Assembly (NCBI GenBank): GCA_963665815.1
Contig: OY762463.1
Coordinates: 2,176,001 to 2,240,000, forward strand
DNA: 64,000 nucleotides
Source: Candidatus Cloacimonadales bacterium
GTDB taxonomy: Bacteria > Cloacimonadota > Cloacimonadia > Cloacimonadales > JAIOQZ01
Reading direction: 5' to 3'
This document shows, one piece after another, positions 9,799-19,379 of the stretch (within the stretch, counting starts at the first letter, position 1; each line of letters begins with the position of its first letter). A model generated the notes under the pieces. That model saw only the letters and a list, made by a program, of their open reading frames with translations, made no database searches and was not told where the DNA came from. A program made the translations under genes and the position numbers.

Positions 9799-11505
9799 TT
9801 ATTCTTCTGCGTACGTTAACTTGATCACTTCTTTAATAGTAGTGACACCTTTTTTCATTTTTTTAAGCGCACTAACGTGCAGAGTGTCCATATCGTTCTC
9901 TAACGCAGCTTCTCTGATTAGATCCTGATTTGCACTATTGAATATCAAGTGTCTTACATTTTTCTTTACTTCAAGAATTTCAAAGATACCGGTTCTACCT
10001 TTGTAACCAGTGTTATCACAGTGAACACAACCGGTTCCATGGTAGAATTTAACATCTTTTGCTTCCTCAAGAGTCATACCAGCATCAATAATTTCATCTT
10101 CTGTTGGGGTATACTCAGTCTTACAGTTAGGACATATTTTCCTTACAAGACGCTGAGCCATCACAAGGTTAAGTGAAGATCCAACAAGATAAGCTGGAAT
10201 TCCAATGTCAATAAGACGAGTAACTGTAGAAGGAGCATCATTAGCGTGAAGTGTAGTGAACACTAAGTGACCGGTAAGTGAGAACTTGATAGCTATGTCA
10301 GCTGTTTCATGGTCTCGAATCTCACCAATAAGTACAACATCAGGGTCCTGACGAAGGACTGATCTCAGAGCTGAAGCAAAGGTTAACCCAATTTTTTCAT
10401 TTGCTTCTATCTGTGATATACCTTCAAGTCGATACTCAACAGGATCCTCAACAGTAACGATGTTATTTTCTATATTCTGAATTTCTTTAAGAGCGGCGTG
10501 AAGTGTTGTGGATTTACCACTACCGGTAGGACCGGATACAATGATAATACCGTATGGTCTGTGAATCCATTTACGGAAAACTGTGAAGTGTTCCTCTTCA
10601 AAACCAAGTGTAGTAAGTTTGAATCCGAAGTCACCCTTATCAAGGAGACGCATAACCACTTTTTCACCAAGAACGTTTGGAGTAATGGATACACGGACAT
10701 CAACTGCTTTTACTTTTGATCTGAGAGAAATGTGACCATCCTGAGGAAGACGTCTTTCAGCAATATTAAGTTTTGACATAACCTTAATAATTGAAACAAG
10801 ACCTTGATGCATTCCAATAGGAGGATTCATCACTTCACGAAGGGCACCGTCAATACGGAATCTGACGCGAGTGGTTTTTGATAATGGCTCAATGTGAATA
10901 TCAGTACAATTTGATTTGATAGCTTCCTGAATGATAAGATTACACAGTTTTACAACTGGAGCATCTTCATCAACCTGTTTATCAAGATCAATTTCTTCTT
11001 CTTCATCACCGACTGCAACGAAATCAAATCCACCAACAGCACTATCCACTTCGTTTGATGTTCTGATAGATTTATAATGTCTTTCCAATGTATCAGATAA
11101 TGTTGATTCTCCAATGAGAACAGCTCTAAATGGTTTTGGAAGAATTTTCTTCAGAGCATCATGTATGATTATATTTTCCGGATCTGTCATTGCAACAATA
11201 ATCATCTGTTCAGTTTCCTGAATAGCGATAACTCTGTTTTCAACAGCAAACGGTTCCGGAATATATCGAACGGTTTCAGAATCTAATTCAGTAAGGTCAT
11301 TTCTGTCAACAACATCAAGTTCAAGTTGTTCCTTGAGAGATTTCAGAAGTTGTTCTTCTGTAATATGACCTAATTTTATAAGTGTTTCACCAAGCTTGAG
11401 ATTAAAGTTTCCCTGCTTAGCAAGTCCTTCATTAATCTGGCTTTCTGTAGCGAAACCATAATGAATTAATACTTCACCAATTCTTGCAAATTGCGGATTA
11501 AACAT
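9799..11505 (-). CDS. pilB: Type IV pilus assembly ATPase PilB (GspE family)
   Basis: N-terminal RIGEVL/LGETL MshEN-like segments, ERRLPQDG, GPTGSGKST, LRQDPD, CPNC...CVHC Zn motif. Confidence 0.93.
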   Translation of the reverse strand: MFNPQFARIGEVLIHYGFATESQINEGLAKQGNFNLKLGETLIKLGHITEEQLLKSLKEQLELDVVDRNDLTELDSETVRYIPEPFAVENRVIAIQETEQMIIVAMTDPENIIIHDALKKILPKPFRAVLIGESTLSDTLERHYKSIRTSNEVDSAVGGFDFVAVGDEEEEIDLDKQVDEDAPVVKLCNLIIQEAIKSNCTDIHIEPLSKTTRVRFRIDGALREVMNPPIGMHQGLVSIIKVMSKLNIAERRLPQDGHISLRSKVKAVDVRVSITPNVLGEKVVMRLLDKGDFGFKLTTLGFEEEHFTVFRKWIHRPYGIIIVSGPTGSGKSTTLHAALKEIQNIENNIVTVEDPVEYRLEGISQIEANEKIGLTFASALRSVLRQDPDVVLIGEIRDHETADIAIKFSLTGHLVFTTLHANDAPSTVTRLIDIGIPAYLVGSSLNLVMAQRLVRKICPNCKTEYTPTEDEIIDAGMTLEEAKDVKFYHGTGCVHCDNTGYKGRTGIFEILEVKKNVRHLIFNSANQDLIREAALENDMDTLHVSALKKMKKGVTTIKEVIKLTYAEE

Positions 11506-11530
11506 AACGACTTTAAAACTCCTTTATGCA

Positions 11531-11556
11531 GTGAAGGTTTCGTTAAAAACCTTCAC
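11531..11556 (-). promoter_or_regulatory. Intercistronic hairpin between Ig lipoprotein gene and pilB
   Basis: GTGAAGGTTT-N6-AAACCTTCAC perfect 10-bp stem. Confidence 0.6.
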
Positions 11557-11566
11557 ATCATTTTAT

Positions 11567-13741
11567 CTATGGATCGTAGCGTACAATCAATACATTTGTA
11601 TTGTTTGTAATGTCTGTACCTTCGATTTGAGCATTGATTTGAACATTCTGCTCGCCAGGAACACCATTTTGTGGTGGTGGACATTCAGCAATACCAAATA
11701 TAATTCTTGTCATTGCCATACCATTTACAAGTGAATTACAATAACGTGGATCATCTGTTCCTTCAACCTTGTAAGGAGTTTGACCATTTCCATTTACGTA
11801 GAATTCGAAAACACCTCTGTCTGACCATAAACTGATTTCTGCATCTTTGATGTAGTTACCTTCCTGATCAGTTACTTCAAGAATTATAAGTGTTGATACT
11901 GTATCTGTAGCGTTACCTTGAGGACCATTGAAATCAACGTGACCAACTTGTGGGTACATTGTAAGTTGAGGTTCATTCATAGGCATTGCAAATTCAGTTG
12001 TTTGCGTTACACTACCACACTCAGCAGTTATTGTAAGTCTCTGGTTTGCATATGAGCCATCATATATCAGTTTTGTGTAAGCAACACCAGCTGTAGAATC
12101 TTCTTCAGCATTAATGTTACCAACGTATGCTGCCGCATTAATTACAGCCCATTGAGGCTCAACAGCGTTTGGATCTGAGAAAGCTGGTCCTATAGAGAAC
12201 CATACTGCTGTTCCCATAGCAACAGGGTTACCATAACGGTCAGTTACACTGGCGTTTACTTCGAGTTCCCAAAGACCACCGCCAATATTGTTAGCTGAGT
12301 TATAATCACCAATTGCCATATTGATATATCTTGGCATGCCACCATTAATAACGATATTTGATTTTGTAGCTGTAATAGCTGCAGGATCATTTACTGTCTC
12401 GCTGTTACTTACTTCAATGTAAACAGTACCGGATTCGCTTCCGCTGGAAACAGTTGCTCTGGCTTGTCCATTGTATGCTGTAACTTCAAGATAAGAACTT
12501 TCATCTGTTACGTTTGTACCTATACGGCATCCTGCTGGAATTGGTTGACCTGCTGCAAATCTGAAATACATATCTGTTGGTACATCAAGAAGGTTACCAA
12601 AAGAATCATAAAGATTTACAACGAGTTCAAATTGTTCAACTCCACCAGTTCCCTGGATGTTAAGGTCAACTTGATCCTGGAAATCGTACTGAATAGAACT
12701 AAGTTGAGAAGCACTGATTGTAAGTGCTGTTTCAGCTAAAGCAGAGTCAGCTACAGCTTGAATAGTTACAACCCCAGCTTGTGTTCCAACGCTGAATCTG
12801 TTTGTAACAGAACCGTCTTCATCAGTAGCCATCATTTCAGTGATAGATCCCATGGAGATTTCATTTTCACCTTCCATTCTGTAAGCTTTAAATGAAACGT
12901 TAATTCCACTTTCAACAGGATTGTCAAATCTATCAAGAACTTCAGCAATAACGTCAGTTCTCATTAAACTTACGTTATTTCCACCAATTACAAGGTTTGT
13001 TCTTTCAGGAACTAAATTAATTTTGTTAGGGTTGCCTGGATTAACAGAAATATCATTGTACACAACCATTGTGTCAACTTGAACTGAAATATTGGCAATA
13101 CCGGTTTTTGTTCCTGCATTAAATATAGCCTTAGCAACACCATTAGAAGCTTCGACTTGTGCAGATTGACCTACATCAGTTCCGTCTTCTAACTGGAAGT
13201 TACCAAGATCAGTTTTAAATGTTACAATTGTACCATCTTGAATGTTTAAGCCCTCTTCATCTTTCGGGTAAGCAGAAATCTGAGTAGTTCTGCTAACATC
13301 AAGATTTGTAGAAGTAATAACTCTGATAGAGTCTACAGATGGAGCATTAATAATATCAACAAATATTGAATGAGTTCCACCTTTTACTTCAGCAGTCACT
13401 TTTGCACGACCTGTATAACCGTAGTCACGGAGAACAGCCTTTGCAAGACCACTTGAATCTGTTACTACTTCATTAATGATTGACCCGATAGTAGTTCTGA
13501 ATGTAACAGGAACGCCCATAGGAGCATTACCTTTAGAATCTTTTACTCGAGCCTGAATAGTAGCAACAGTAATATTGTTGTCAGCATAGATGGTAATATA
13601 TTCAGTATCCATATTCTCAGGTTCGAGAATCTCAACTGTGTAGTTACCATTAGTTGTATTTCTGTCATCACAGCCAACAACAAACAGAGTTGCGAAGAAA
13701 GCCATTACTAACAGAGTAATTAACGATTTTCTAAATATCAT
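11567..13741 (-). CDS. Lipoprotein with tandem invasin/intimin-like Ig (Big_1-like) domains
   Basis: Lipobox VVG-C; repeated V.D..GN.V..G..V.F motifs; GGAGG RBS before ATG 13741. Confidence 0.78.
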   Translation of the reverse strand: MIFRKSLITLLVMAFFATLFVVGCDDRNTTNGNYTVEILEPENMDTEYITIYADNNITVATIQARVKDSKGNAPMGVPVTFRTTIGSIINEVVTDSSGLAKAVLRDYGYTGRAKVTAEVKGGTHSIFVDIINAPSVDSIRVITSTNLDVSRTTQISAYPKDEEGLNIQDGTIVTFKTDLGNFQLEDGTDVGQSAQVEASNGVAKAIFNAGTKTGIANISVQVDTMVVYNDISVNPGNPNKINLVPERTNLVIGGNNVSLMRTDVIAEVLDRFDNPVESGINVSFKAYRMEGENEISMGSITEMMATDEDGSVTNRFSVGTQAGVVTIQAVADSALAETALTISASQLSSIQYDFQDQVDLNIQGTGGVEQFELVVNLYDSFGNLLDVPTDMYFRFAAGQPIPAGCRIGTNVTDESSYLEVTAYNGQARATVSSGSESGTVYIEVSNSETVNDPAAITATKSNIVINGGMPRYINMAIGDYNSANNIGGGLWELEVNASVTDRYGNPVAMGTAVWFSIGPAFSDPNAVEPQWAVINAAAYVGNINAEEDSTAGVAYTKLIYDGSYANQRLTITAECGSVTQTTEFAMPMNEPQLTMYPQVGHVDFNGPQGNATDTVSTLIILEVTDQEGNYIKDAEISLWSDRGVFEFYVNGNGQTPYKVEGTDDPRYCNSLVNGMAMTRIIFGIAECPPPQNGVPGEQNVQINAQIEGTDITNNTNVLIVRYDP

Positions 13742-13757
13742 TTTTCCTCCAAACCTA

Positions 13758-15170
13758 TTACTTAGTTTCAATAAGTTTTGTATCTAAACGAGGATCAATA
13801 CTATCAAGATCTAATTCATATTGTTCATCTTCAACATTCACGATTCTAGGTGTTATTTCGATGATCAAATCAGTGATAACTGCTTCATCAACTGTATGTG
13901 TGAAAAGTTTTTCACCGATGAATGGAATCATATGAAGTAAAGGAAACTTATTTTTTGTTTTTGTAGTTTGTCTGGATAATAATCCACCAATGATGATTTT
14001 GCTACCATTAGGAGCTGTAACAGTTGTGTTAACTTTTCTTATTTTTGTTCTTGGTACATAACCACCAACAAGTTCAGTTACAGAACTAACTTCAGGACTA
14101 ATTTCAGTTGTAATATGTCCATCTTTGTTTACAGTAGGTTTAACATCAAGTTTGATACCAACTTCTTCTTCTTCAACTTGAAGTTCATATTCTTTATCAG
14201 TAACAACGAAAGGCACTTTTTCACCGATATGAATATTTGCAGATTCACCGCTTTTTGCAGTTAATCTTGTATCTGTAAGGATGTTAGCAGCATTATTCTG
14301 AATAAGCCAGTCGATAGTAATATCGAAAGCCCATAATTGTCTACTGAAGTGAAGAGCTTCATCAATATCATCCATTTTCTGGAAATATTGATCTGTAGGA
14401 AGTTCACCAAATGGTTGAAGGTCACCGTGAGGTGATACGTAAGGTTCGTCATCTGTCGGAGTTTGTGAATAACCGAAAGGAAGACCTGCACCTTCATATG
14501 TAGGATCTTCAGCAAGAATTGTTGTTAAGTGGTTAATTCTTGACCAATCAACACCAAGTTCTTTTGCATCTTTAACCTGAACTTCAATAAGTCTTGCTCT
14601 GATTTCGATTTGTTGACGAGGAATGTCAATTTCTTCGATTCTTGCAGCAATTTCAGTAAATGTTTCTGGGTTAGCTTTAATTAATAATGAGTTATTTGAT
14701 TCTATTGCAACTATCTCACCAGGTAAAACTGCGAGAGCTTTCTCAATTTTAGTAGCTGTAACATAATTTAAATCGATAAGGTAAGATCTTTGTCCTACTT
14801 CTTCTTCGATTCTGTCTTTTTCACCAACGAGAAATGTGGATTCACCAATAAGTCTGTATGAAAGTCCTACTGATTTAACAACCAGTGCGAGAGCTTGTTC
14901 TGTTGGAACGTCTGTAAGGTGTACAGTAACTTTCTGTCCTTCATACTTACCTTTATCTTTATCAGCGCTTGTATCTATTGCCAAAACAATATTGCATTCA
15001 CTGAATTTTGCTATAGTAGCCAAAATTGAAGATATATCTTCATCAACTGCGTCTAAAGTAATTTTCCTATTCAGTTTTTCTTCATCAACTGCAAAAGCTG
15101 TATTACTAAACAGTAAAAAAATTGTTATGAAAAGCAAAATCCAATTAACCTTGTGTTTTGAAGCTTTCAT
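13758..15170 (-). CDS. pilQ: Type IV pilus secretin PilQ (short, no AMIN domains)
   Basis: QIEIRARLIEV, GIKLDVKPTV, KFPLLHMIPFIG, ITPRIV; follows pilMNOP. Confidence 0.88.
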   Translation of the reverse strand: MKASKHKVNWILLFITIFLLFSNTAFAVDEEKLNRKITLDAVDEDISSILATIAKFSECNIVLAIDTSADKDKGKYEGQKVTVHLTDVPTEQALALVVKSVGLSYRLIGESTFLVGEKDRIEEEVGQRSYLIDLNYVTATKIEKALAVLPGEIVAIESNNSLLIKANPETFTEIAARIEEIDIPRQQIEIRARLIEVQVKDAKELGVDWSRINHLTTILAEDPTYEGAGLPFGYSQTPTDDEPYVSPHGDLQPFGELPTDQYFQKMDDIDEALHFSRQLWAFDITIDWLIQNNAANILTDTRLTAKSGESANIHIGEKVPFVVTDKEYELQVEEEEVGIKLDVKPTVNKDGHITTEISPEVSSVTELVGGYVPRTKIRKVNTTVTAPNGSKIIIGGLLSRQTTKTKNKFPLLHMIPFIGEKLFTHTVDEAVITDLIIEITPRIVNVEDEQYELDLDSIDPRLDTKLIETK

Positions 15171-15197
15171 AAATACTCCTTTTTACTATATTTTTTT

Positions 15198-15746
15198 TTA
15201 CCAAATTCTAACTTTTTTCTGATTATTTTCATCAGAAAGTTCAACAGGTTTCGGTGGAATTTGCTTTGCTTTCAATTCAACAACTTTGCCGTTTCTATTG
15301 TAAACAATTGCTTCCCTTTTGATTTCAACTATTTTATTGTTGGTTTTATCAATCACATCACCGACTCTGTACATTTTATTTTCGCCCTTAAAAGCAATGG
15401 ATGCCACGCGTTTACCATCTTGACCAATGTAAGTTCCAGCGAGTCTGAGAGTATTCGCAACTTGCATTTCCCATTGATGTTCAAGGTCGACTTTTGTTTT
15501 TACAATTAAATTCTGTTCTAAAGGATCTCTAACAACTGTGAATACGAATTGTTTACGATCCTTAATTGACTGCTCAATGGATTTAATCTGTTCTTTTAGC
15601 TGATCACTTAAACCCATTCTGCTATACTTTGACTGCTCAGGTATTTTATCTTCAGTCTGAAAGATGAAATACAAGTGTACAGCATAACCTATAATCACTA
15701 AAAACACTAAAGCTATTGTGAAGTCTTTTAAGTATCTATTACCCAT
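15198..15746 (-). CDS. PilP-like alignment protein (TM-anchored)
   Basis: Position between pilO and pilQ; RDPL, LRLAGT, YRVGDVI motifs resembling PilP/GspC HR domain. Confidence 0.6.
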   Translation of the reverse strand: MGNRYLKDFTIALVFLVIIGYAVHLYFIFQTEDKIPEQSKYSRMGLSDQLKEQIKSIEQSIKDRKQFVFTVVRDPLEQNLIVKTKVDLEHQWEMQVANTLRLAGTYIGQDGKRVASIAFKGENKMYRVGDVIDKTNNKIVEIKREAIVYNRNGKVVELKAKQIPPKPVELSDENNQKKVRIW

Positions 15747-16318
15747 TATGCCTCCTTCCTAACTTTAAATGTTGAGATTTCAAGTGTTACCATGTATCTT
15801 GTTTCGATAGCAACAGGTGCACCGTTTTCATCAACTTCAACCTGAGAATCGTCACCAATAGGACGTACATCAATTGAATTCACTTTGATAATATTATCGA
15901 AGCTTTCAAGTTCTGTTAAAAACTGTCCCATTTGTACGTAATTACAGTCAATTTCCAGAGTATACTTGTGTTCAATTTTATGTCCAGTTGAGTATACTGG
16001 TTTTGGTAAAACTGAATATACAGCAATTTTGTACTTATCAGAAAGATCAGCAAGTTTTCTGGAAAAATCATTAATTTCTTCAGTTGAAAAAGACTTTTCA
16101 TCGGTAATACTGTTTTTGATAACAGTAGATACCGCACTGAGTTCTTCACTCAACACTTCAGCACTATTCAGTTTTTCCTGAGCTGTTTTAATCTTCCTGT
16201 CGATTGATTTAATTTCTTTAGACTCAGCCTTCATAATAGTATGAGCTGTATAGAAAAAGACAACAGACAGTAAAATTACCAATGTCAGCAGTATGATGTA
16301 TTTTCTTTTGATATCCAT
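15746..16318 (-). CDS. pilO: Type IV pilus assembly protein PilO
   Basis: TM + coiled coil + CNYVQMGQFLTELE..NIIKV ferredoxin-like segment; synteny. Confidence 0.8.
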   Translation of the reverse strand: MDIKRKYIILLTLVILLSVVFFYTAHTIMKAESKEIKSIDRKIKTAQEKLNSAEVLSEELSAVSTVIKNSITDEKSFSTEEINDFSRKLADLSDKYKIAVYSVLPKPVYSTGHKIEHKYTLEIDCNYVQMGQFLTELESFDNIIKVNSIDVRPIGDDSQVEVDENGAPVAIETRYMVTLEISTFKVRKEA

Positions 16319-16321
16319 ATA

Positions 16322-16915
16322 CTACCTCTTTCTCTTCTTTTTACCGGTACTTTTGGCTTCACAATTGACCTGAAAACGAAGAATATCAACATCTTTTTCT
16401 TCATCCCTGCTTGATTTAACAAAAACAATATTAGGGAAGTCTGTACTGATTTGCTCATCATTCTTCAATGAAGAGATGAAACTGTCAATCAGGTCAAACT
16501 CTTTCTTTTTCTTATCAACTTTTGTGATTCCAAAAAGCTTAAGACTACCGTCTTTGAAAGAAAAGTGTGTTATAGCAATATCATCAGTAGTTTTATCTGC
16601 TAAAGCAACTAATTTCTTAGCCCAGAAAACTCTGTCAGTAGTAAGACTTGTAATTCTTTCAAGGTCTTTCTTTGACAGAAATTCATCTGTTGTCTGCATA
16701 CTTTCAATTTTTCTTTTAGTATCTTTGAGATACTTGGCTCGGTTTTCAACTTTTTCCTGCATTTGACCATAGAAATAATAGAAAGTACCTGCTACAGCAA
16801 GATAAAATATGATAAATGTGATAACAGTGTTTCTAAATGTCCTGTTCTCATTTTCTATCTTTTGTCTTTGCTCGCCAAATTTATTAAGATTAATTTTAAA
16901 ATAAAACTGGTTCAT
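16322..16915 (-). CDS. pilN: Type IV pilus assembly protein PilN
   Basis: N-terminal INL motif, TM, coiled coil; follows pilM. Confidence 0.75.
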   Translation of the reverse strand: MNQFYFKINLNKFGEQRQKIENENRTFRNTVITFIIFYLAVAGTFYYFYGQMQEKVENRAKYLKDTKRKIESMQTTDEFLSKKDLERITSLTTDRVFWAKKLVALADKTTDDIAITHFSFKDGSLKLFGITKVDKKKKEFDLIDSFISSLKNDEQISTDFPNIVFVKSSRDEEKDVDILRFQVNCEAKSTGKKKRKR

Positions 16916-16925
16916 AATGTACTCC

Positions 16926-17996
16926 TTACTCAGGTCTCATAGCGAGACCGACCGCTAGTGCAAACTGCGGATCGTCTGCATTATTGTATTTGTCTGGCAA
17001 TTCAAGACCAACAAAAGGATTATACACTTCAACCGGCATATTCAGGGCTTCCTGTAAATATTCCGGTAAACCAGCAATTTTCGATGAACCACCAACAAGA
17101 AGAATCTTACGGAAATCTGAATTACCAGCTTCCTTAACGTAGAAACGTAAAGATCTTTTTGTTTCAAGAGCGATTTGCTCTTCTGTGTTCTTTTCTGTGA
17201 TATCAAGCATGCCAAGGTTCTGTTCTGAACCTGCTGCTTTAGCTTTTTTTATTCCATTAGCGAATTTGTGTTCTTCGGCCTGTTCGAAGCTCATATCATT
17301 CAATCTCATGAGGTCTCTAGTGAAGTGATATCCACCCCATGAAATATCTCTGGTAAAGAACTTAGCGCTCGGACCGCAAATAACCATATTTGTTTTATGT
17401 GCACCTATATTAAGTATAACATAAGTACCATCTTCGACAAATGTGTTAAGAGAGAAACAATTTGCAACAGCAAGAGCTTCAATATCAACAATACCTGGGT
17501 TAAGTCCACAGGTTGTCAGTATTTCTGTATGCTCATTGAGCAATTCTCTTGTTGTTGAAGCAAGTAATATATTCATATTATTTGTTTTCTCTTCAACACC
17601 CAGCACCTGATAATCCAACAGCATGTCACTACCGCTGATAGGTAAGTGTTTCTTTGCTTCGAAGAATAGTGCTGAATCAAGTTCATCTTCTGGAAGGAAT
17701 ATGGTTTTTATCTGCTTTATGCTGGTATTGTCACCACCAATACTGGAAACGATTCTTTTTACTTTGCGAGGATTAATGTGCATAGTTTTCATCATTTCGG
17801 CAATAATTGGAGCATATCTTTCTCTTCTAAGATCAGATATGATATATTCGGTACCAGCAGGAACAGTGGATCTCACTTCGCAGTTCACAAGTTTGAAACC
17901 TGAATGTTGTTTCTTTATGTGAACCATCTTGATACTGTGAGTTCCAATATCTAATCCTATCGATTCCTTAAAGACTCTTTTCTTATCCTTTGCCAT
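16926..17996 (-). CDS. pilM: Type IV pilus assembly protein PilM
   Basis: GLDIGTHSIK actin-like motif, LVGGSSKIAGL, AVGLAMR. Confidence 0.92.
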   Translation of the reverse strand: MAKDKKRVFKESIGLDIGTHSIKMVHIKKQHSGFKLVNCEVRSTVPAGTEYIISDLRRERYAPIIAEMMKTMHINPRKVKRIVSSIGGDNTSIKQIKTIFLPEDELDSALFFEAKKHLPISGSDMLLDYQVLGVEEKTNNMNILLASTTRELLNEHTEILTTCGLNPGIVDIEALAVANCFSLNTFVEDGTYVILNIGAHKTNMVICGPSAKFFTRDISWGGYHFTRDLMRLNDMSFEQAEEHKFANGIKKAKAAGSEQNLGMLDITEKNTEEQIALETKRSLRFYVKEAGNSDFRKILLVGGSSKIAGLPEYLQEALNMPVEVYNPFVGLELPDKYNNADDPQFALAVGLAMRPE

Positions 17997-18068
17997 ATTA
18001 CCTCTTTTCTTTACAGTTATAAACACTAACCATAACGTTAAATTTATATCTGCATCTCATAACAAATT

Positions 18069-18266
18069 CTTCTGAGGAGTTAGAAGATAAGAGATTATCT
18101 TAATTTTAAATTTCAAACCTGCATTCACTTTCTCGACACTCATTTCGTATTCTCACGAAAGACAGTAATTTTCTGAATCTAAATATCTCCCCATTCTTCT
18201 TCAGAACTGTCGGTCCTTGATAACAAGTCAACAGTTGATCGCAAGGACCGAACTATCGTCATTATA
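18069..18266 (-). promoter_or_regulatory. Candidate internal promoter and structured 5' leader of pilM
   Basis: TATAAT at 18261-18266 followed by four stems (18210-18251, 18161-18211, 18143-18160, 18084-18101). Confidence 0.45.
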
Positions 18267-18296
18267 TTGAAAGTTAAATGCTTTACATCTCTCTGA

Positions 18297-19358
18297 TTAT
18301 GAAGAGAATCCAGCTCCTGTTACGAACATCTTTGGATTGTCTGCTGATTTTTCAGCAACAGAACGATCAAGAAGTCCGTTCATAACCAGGTTGTATAACG
18401 ATTGATCCAGGGACTGCATACCTTCTTTCGTACCTGCCTGAATCACAGAAGGAATCTGATATGTTTTCTCTTCCCGAATAAGGTTTCTGATAGCTGAGTT
18501 TGCTACCATAATCTCAATTGCAGGAACTCGACCGTTTCCACCTTTTTTAGGCATCAGTCTTTGAGCACATACAGCTTCTAATGATTCTGAAAGCATAGAT
18601 CTTACTTGAGCTTGTTGTTCCTTAGGGAACATATCAATAATACGATCTATGGATTTTGTTGCACTACTTGTATGAAGTGTTGCAAGTACAAGGTGACCGG
18701 TTTCTGCAGCTGTAAGAGCAAGAGATACCGTTTCAAGGTCCCTCATCTCTCCAACCAGAATCACGTCCGGATCTTCACGTAGAGCCGATCTCAATGCAGC
18801 AGTAAATGACCATGTATCATGTCCCAATTCCCTTTGATTCACCAGTGAGTTTTTACTTGAATGTACAAACTCAATTGGGTCCTCAACTGTAATAATATGA
18901 CAATGTTTTTTGTCATTGATTTCGTCAATCATTGCTGCCAATGTTGTAGACTTTCCACTACCTGTAGGTCCCGTTAAAAGAATAAGACCTTTTTCCTTCA
19001 TGGACAGTTTTCTCATAACGTCCGGCACATGCAATTCCTCAAAGGTTTTGATTTCATTAGGAATCACACGGAAAGCCGCAGCTAAACCGTTGATCTGATG
19101 AAATGCATTAACACGGAACCTGACATTATTGGTAAGTTTTGTCGAAAAGTCTAACTCAAGTTTCTCTAAAAATAGAGCTTTTTGAGATTCATTCATTACA
19201 CCAAAAATCAGATCTTCTACTTCCTTACCTGATAACTTAGGCAAGTTAAGTCTTTTCATCTGACCGTGAACACGAACCATCGGGATTGAGTCAGCACTTA
19301 CGTGCAAGTCTGATGCACCAGCATCAGATGTAAATCTTAGTAAATCTTGAATAGTCAA
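18297..19358 (-). CDS. pilT: Type IV pilus retraction ATPase PilT (TTG start)
   Basis: GASDLH, GPTGSGKSTT, ALREDPD, AIRNLIRE motif. Confidence 0.96.
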   Translation of the reverse strand: MTIQDLLRFTSDAGASDLHVSADSIPMVRVHGQMKRLNLPKLSGKEVEDLIFGVMNESQKALFLEKLELDFSTKLTNNVRFRVNAFHQINGLAAAFRVIPNEIKTFEELHVPDVMRKLSMKEKGLILLTGPTGSGKSTTLAAMIDEINDKKHCHIITVEDPIEFVHSSKNSLVNQRELGHDTWSFTAALRSALREDPDVILVGEMRDLETVSLALTAAETGHLVLATLHTSSATKSIDRIIDMFPKEQQAQVRSMLSESLEAVCAQRLMPKKGGNGRVPAIEIMVANSAIRNLIREEKTYQIPSVIQAGTKEGMQSLDQSLYNLVMNGLLDRSVAEKSADNPKMFVTGAGFSS

Positions 19359-19379
19359 AAGACCTACCCCCGTTAGTTT

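Noticed and set aside
18253-18285. Sigma-28 promoter for pilM (GACGATAG)
   Set aside because: No TAAA box at the 15-bp spacing; the adjacent TATAAT fits better
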